The notes beneath the pieces are model-generated. The model saw nothing but the letters and a program-made list of their open reading frames with translations, did no database searches and had not been told where the DNA came from. A stretch of 38,552 nt of DNA, taken from sequence record DRR723986_1367; one strand, 5' to 3'. Position 1 is the stretch's first letter. Each line of letters opens with the position of its first letter. Below are positions 34,630 to 38,552 of this stretch, in pieces. Made by a program: the position numbers and the translations under genes.

Positions 34630-36300
34630 GTGGCGGCTGATCAGGGCAAGACAAATGAAAGCGGGATAAGCGCAGGGTTACCCAGTGCCCAGCCAAAAAG
34701 CTTGCACCCACGGCACTACACGCGCGGCCTGTCGCCATTGATGGTGCGGATCATGTTCGTGAACGCGTTGGCGCTGGTTATATTGGTTGGCAGCGTGCTG
34801 TATCTGAACCAATTTCGCCAAAATCTAATTGAAGCTCGTACAGCTGCCCTTTCGGTGCAAGCCAGTATTATTGCGGGAGCATTGGGCGAATCAGCAGTTG
34901 CAGGGCCAGAGTCCATTGATATTGACCCCGCACCAGCGCGGCAAATTATTACGCGCCTTGTAGGGCCAACTGACAATAGGGCGCGTCTGTTCGCAACATC
35001 AGGGGGTATGATAGCTGACAGCCTTTTTTTGGCGGGTGATAAGGAGCTTATTGAAGAGCCACTGCGCCAGCTTGACTATCAACCATCTATTAAAGAGCAA
35101 ATTGTCAACCGCTTGCATGACTTTCTGGATGCCATAACCAAAGAGATTTCCGCCCCCGCCAATGTGGATGGCCCCACCATTAGGTCGACAGACCTACCCG
35201 AAGTTGAGCTGGCGTTGACCGGAACACTGACCAGCCAGCTGCGTCAGCGCGATGACGGCAATCTTGTAATCAATATTGCTGTACCGGTTCAACGCTTCAG
35301 GCGTGTGTTAGGCGCGCTTTTGCTCACGGCACAAACCGACGATATCGATACCATTGTTCGGGCGGAGCAAATGCTGACGATCAAGATTTTTATCGGTGCT
35401 TTTGCCCTGACAATTTTGTTGTCTTTCTTTTTGGGGCGCACGCTGGTTCGCCCAATCAGGGTTCTTGCCCGTGCAGCTGAAAGAGTACGCCGCGGGATTG
35501 GCCGCGAGGAAAATATTCCTGAATTTGCTGAAAGACGAGATGAGATTGGCGACCTGTCGCGGTCACTGTCTGACATGACCGGTGCGCTTTACAATCAAAT
35601 TGATGCGGTGGAACAGTTTGCTGCCGACGTAGCCCATGAAATTAAGAACCCGCTTTCCAGTATGCGCAGCGCCCTAGAAACAATTCAAATGAGCGATAAG
35701 CCGGAAGTTCGAACCAAGCTTCTTGCTATCCTTGAAGATGATGTGAAGCGTATTGATCGACTTATTACTGATATTTCTGATGCATCAAGGTTGGATGCAG
35801 AGTTAACCCGTGGTCAAACATCCGTGGTTGATTTGGGGGTTATGCTGGCGACTTTGGTTGAGGCGTATAACACTACAGGCAAGCTGGGTGATATTGAACT
35901 TGCGTTTGCTGATGATGAGGCCGGTGTTTTTCTGGTTTCGGGCATTGACGCCCGCTTGGGTCAAGTGTGGCGTAACCTTATTGACAATGCCGTAAGCTTT
36001 AGCCCTAGAGATGGTCGTGTGCAGGTTGGCCTAGAAATTAAAAACCGGCATGTTTTGTTGACTGTTAGTGACCAGGGTCCTGGCGTGCCGGAAGGGCTGG
36101 AGGACAAAATCTTCAGCCGGTTTTACTCCGAGCGACCATCGGAAGAACAATTTGGCAGTCATTCTGGCCTTGGGTTGGCTATTTCGAAACAAGTGATTGA
36201 GGCGCACGGCGGTTCAATTGTTGTTGAAAATATTGCAACCGAAGCGGGCGATGAAACAGGTGCCAAATTTGTCGTGACTTTACCGCTGGCTAACGCTTAA
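34630..36300 (+). CDS. chvG: Sensor histidine kinase ChvG/ExoS
   Basis: 2 TM, HAMP, FAADVAHEIKNPL, NLIDNA.SFS, HSGLGLAISKQ. Confidence 0.95.
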   Translation: MAADQGKTNESGISAGLPSAQPKSLHPRHYTRGLSPLMVRIMFVNALALVILVGSVLYLNQFRQNLIEARTAALSVQASIIAGALGESAVAGPESIDIDPAPARQIITRLVGPTDNRARLFATSGGMIADSLFLAGDKELIEEPLRQLDYQPSIKEQIVNRLHDFLDAITKEISAPANVDGPTIRSTDLPEVELALTGTLTSQLRQRDDGNLVINIAVPVQRFRRVLGALLLTAQTDDIDTIVRAEQMLTIKIFIGAFALTILLSFFLGRTLVRPIRVLARAAERVRRGIGREENIPEFAERRDEIGDLSRSLSDMTGALYNQIDAVEQFAADVAHEIKNPLSSMRSALETIQMSDKPEVRTKLLAILEDDVKRIDRLITDISDASRLDAELTRGQTSVVDLGVMLATLVEAYNTTGKLGDIELAFADDEAGVFLVSGIDARLGQVWRNLIDNAVSFSPRDGRVQVGLEIKNRHVLLTVSDQGPGVPEGLEDKIFSRFYSERPSEEQFGSHSGLGLAISKQVIEAHGGSIVVENIATEAGDETGAKFVVTLPLANA

Positions 36301-36352
36301 TTTACGAGGGGCGATAAGCGAGCAGTTGGGCGAGCGCAAGCGTAGGTGAAAC

Positions 36353-36799
36353 GTGCAAACAACTCACGGAACAATCATAGATGTGGCTGGTGCGGGTGTT
36401 TTACTGAGGGGCCCTTCCGGGTCTGGTAAGTCTGACTTGGCGCTTCGTTTGATTGATCGCGGCGCTACCCTTGTTGCTGATGACCAATTTATGACCCGGC
36501 CCTCGCGGCGCGGTCTTGTTGTTTTTGCGCCGGACACTTTATACGGCCTTCTTGAGGTGCGCGGGCTTGGTATTCTCTCTATCCCGGCAATCAAAACCAC
36601 GCTTTTGAAATTGATCGTGGATATTGTGCCAGCCGAACAGGTCCCCCGGTTGCCCACCCCAACATATTCTACCTTTGAAAGGGAAGAAATATACACCTTA
36701 ATGCTGAATGCATTTGAAAACACGGCTCCAATTAAAATAGAGTTAGCAGTAAGAGATTTAATGCAGGCTGGCAAAGTTGGGGAAATAGATGAGCGATAA
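36353..36799 (+). CDS. hprK: HPr kinase/phosphorylase, short alphaproteobacterial form
   Basis: GVLLRGPSGSGKSDLAL, LVADD, GLLEVRGLGI. Confidence 0.92.
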   Translation: MQTTHGTIIDVAGAGVLLRGPSGSGKSDLALRLIDRGATLVADDQFMTRPSRRGLVVFAPDTLYGLLEVRGLGILSIPAIKTTLLKLIVDIVPAEQVPRLPTPTYSTFEREEIYTLMLNAFENTAPIKIELAVRDLMQAGKVGEIDER

Positions 36800-37685
36800 A
36801 ACGGGGAAAACCGTGAATGCACGCAGAAGACAATTGGTTATTGTCACGGGACTTTCTGGTGCGGGAAAGTCGGCAGCTCTTCACTCTTTTGAAGATATCG
36901 GCTTTCAAGCAGTGGATAATCTGCCACTTACCATGGTTGAAGCTCTCATTGATGATGAAAATTTGGAATCAGGTGACCGTCCTGTTGTTATTGGTGTGGA
37001 TTCGCGCACATTGCATTTCTCACCAGACTTGTTCGTAGATGTGCAAAAGCGGCTAAATGCCAGAGATGATATTCGCCTGCATGTATTGTTTATGGATGCC
37101 TCGGACGATGTGTTGACTAAACGATTTTCTGAAACCCGGCGCCCGCACCCCCTGGGCGATGGGCAATTGTTGCGCGCAGCCATTCAGCAAGAGCGCGATA
37201 TGATGACAGTGGTGCGCGAAAATATAGACGGTATTCTTGATACTAGTACGCGCACAGGTGCGGAAACCCGGCGTATTATTCGCCGCCGGTTTGCTAAGGA
37301 ATCCGAAGATCTGATCGTTACTTTTATGTCTTTCGGCTTCGCTCACGGCGTGCCTCGTGACGCTGATATTGTGTTGGATGTAAGATTTTTGCGTAATCCG
37401 CATTATGTGCCAGACCTTAAGCCACTAACCGGGCGAGATGACGCTGTTTCAAATTATGTGCGCGCAGATGAAGCTTTCCCGGAGTTTGTTGAGAAGGTTC
37501 AAGGGCTGTTGAGTTTTTTGCTGCCCCGGTATCAGGCAGAGGAAAAAGCATATTTAACCATTGCATTTGGTTGCACGGGAGGTCAGCATCGGTCAGTTGC
37601 TACAGCTGAAGCTGTGGCAGGGCAAATGGGTTTAGACGGCCTAGCGGTTAATTTATACCACCGGGAGTTATCAAGCAGCAGATGA
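36789..37685 (+). CDS. rapZ: RNase adapter RapZ family P-loop protein
   Basis: TGLSGAGKS, VDNLP, ETRRPHP, DVRFLRNP, GCTGGQHRSV. Confidence 0.95.
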   Translation: MSDKTGKTVNARRRQLVIVTGLSGAGKSAALHSFEDIGFQAVDNLPLTMVEALIDDENLESGDRPVVIGVDSRTLHFSPDLFVDVQKRLNARDDIRLHVLFMDASDDVLTKRFSETRRPHPLGDGQLLRAAIQQERDMMTVVRENIDGILDTSTRTGAETRRIIRRRFAKESEDLIVTFMSFGFAHGVPRDADIVLDVRFLRNPHYVPDLKPLTGRDDAVSNYVRADEAFPEFVEKVQGLLSFLLPRYQAEEKAYLTIAFGCTGGQHRSVATAEAVAGQMGLDGLAVNLYHRELSSSR

Positions 37686-37707
37686 CGAATATAGGGAATA
37701 TAAGGCA

Positions 37708-38106
37708 ATGATTGGGATGGTCTTGGTGACACATGGCCGGTTGGCCGAAGAGTTTATTGCCGCGACTGAACATGTTGTGGGCGCACAAGAAAATATTCAG
37801 GCCGTATGTATCGGGCCAGATGATGACATGGAACAGCGCCGCCTGGAGATTTTAGAGGCGGTGAAAACCGTAGAAAGTGGTGACGGCGTCGTTCTGTTAA
37901 CCGACATGTTTGGCGGCACCCCCTCTAATCTTGCTATTTCCATAATGGAAAAGGACAAAGTTGAGGTGATTGCAGGCATCAACTTGCCCATGTTGATTAA
38001 ACTTGCGAGCGTAAGGCAGGCTCTCGGGCTTGAGGAAGCCGTGGATGCTGCCAAAGAAGCCGGCATTAAATATATTAACGTTGCCAGTCAAATTCTTGGA
38101 AATTAA
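37708..38106 (+). CDS. manX: PTS EIIA component, mannose family (ManX-like)
   Basis: MIGMVLVTHGRLA, TDMFGGTPSN, AGINLPML. Confidence 0.92.
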   Translation: MIGMVLVTHGRLAEEFIAATEHVVGAQENIQAVCIGPDDDMEQRRLEILEAVKTVESGDGVVLLTDMFGGTPSNLAISIMEKDKVEVIAGINLPMLIKLASVRQALGLEEAVDAAKEAGIKYINVASQILGN

Positions 38107-38108
38107 GC

Positions 38109-38396
38109 ATGGCCTCGGATAATGCGAGTGTATCCAAGGCGGTAGAAATAGTTAATCAGCGTGGCTTGCATGCTCGAGCTTCCGCACGTTTGGCCAAAGA
38201 GGCCGGATACTTTCAGTCAGTCATAACAGTTTGCAAGCATGACAGCTGCGTGACGGCAACATCGATTATGGGGCTGATGATGCTCGGGGCTGCGAAAGGT
38301 GACACAATTAAGGTTTCTGTAAAAGGCCCAGACCACCAGAAGGCGCTAAACCAGATTGTGGCGCTGGTTGAAAACCGATTCGGCGAGTCAGAATAA
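38109..38396 (+). CDS. HPr-family phosphocarrier (HPr/NPr)
   Basis: NQRGLHARAS (His15) and ATSIMGLMMLG (Ser46). Confidence 0.93.
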   Translation: MASDNASVSKAVEIVNQRGLHARASARLAKEAGYFQSVITVCKHDSCVTATSIMGLMMLGAAKGDTIKVSVKGPDHQKALNQIVALVENRFGESE

Positions 38397-38414
38397 ACAT
38401 TCAATTTTTCTTAT

Positions 38415-38430
38415 ATAAAGAAATCTTTAT
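38415..38430. promoter_or_regulatory. Palindromic operator upstream of ahcY, SahR-like
   Basis: ATAAAG-AAAT-CTTTAT. Confidence 0.65.
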
Positions 38431-38494
38431 CTAATAGAATTGTTCTGTTATAAGCGGCGCAAATAATTTTGCAGTCAAAAAAACAGGACAACCC

Positions 38495-38552
38495 ATGACC
38501 GATTATAAAATTGCTGATATTTCCCTCGCCGACTGGGGCCGCAAGGAAATCA
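38495..38552 (+). CDS. ahcY: Adenosylhomocysteinase, N-terminus only (not in ORF track)
   Basis: CAGGA RBS; MTDYKIADISLADWGRKEI; expected position after the HPr gene. Confidence 0.93.
   Translation, partial: MTDYKIADISLADWGRKEI

Overview
Chromosomal segment of an alphaproteobacterium. The pckA-chvI-chvG-hprK-rapZ-EIIA-HPr-ahcY synteny indicates the class; a marine Kordiimonas/Sphingomonad-like lineage is my inference only. The window runs from the 3' part of lepA through an OxyR-like LysR locus, two tandem secreted S9 peptidases, an amidohydrolase, an orphan exosortase-type O-glycosylation ligase, pspF/pspABC, MFS and NSS transporters and sufE. It continues with a MocR regulator and its targets, several small enzymes, an FG-GAP protein and a TerB-LytTR pair, and ends at the chv/PTS cluster and the start of ahcY. 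I saw no tRNA, rRNA, CRISPR array or transposase. The most unusual region is 1760-4523. There an OxyR-like regulator lacking the peroxidatic cysteine is flanked on both sides by near-identical ATAG-N7-CTAT boxes, each about 65 bp from a plausible promoter. One promoter faces a DUF465 gene and the other faces a ~430-nt ORF-poor hairpin array. The same region holds an uncalled 56-aa Arg-rich ORF, a phased cluster of four TGATTCG (GANTC/GcrA-type) sites, 21- and 26-bp repeats and a two-hairpin anti-SD sRNA candidate. Also notable are a secreted alpha-carbonic-anhydrase homolog that has lost all three Zn-binding histidines and is coupled to a SPOR lipoprotein, and a psp operon with a long A-rich leader and a CCUCCC-loop 3'-UTR sRNA candidate. 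All family calls come from motif recognition by eye; no searches were run.
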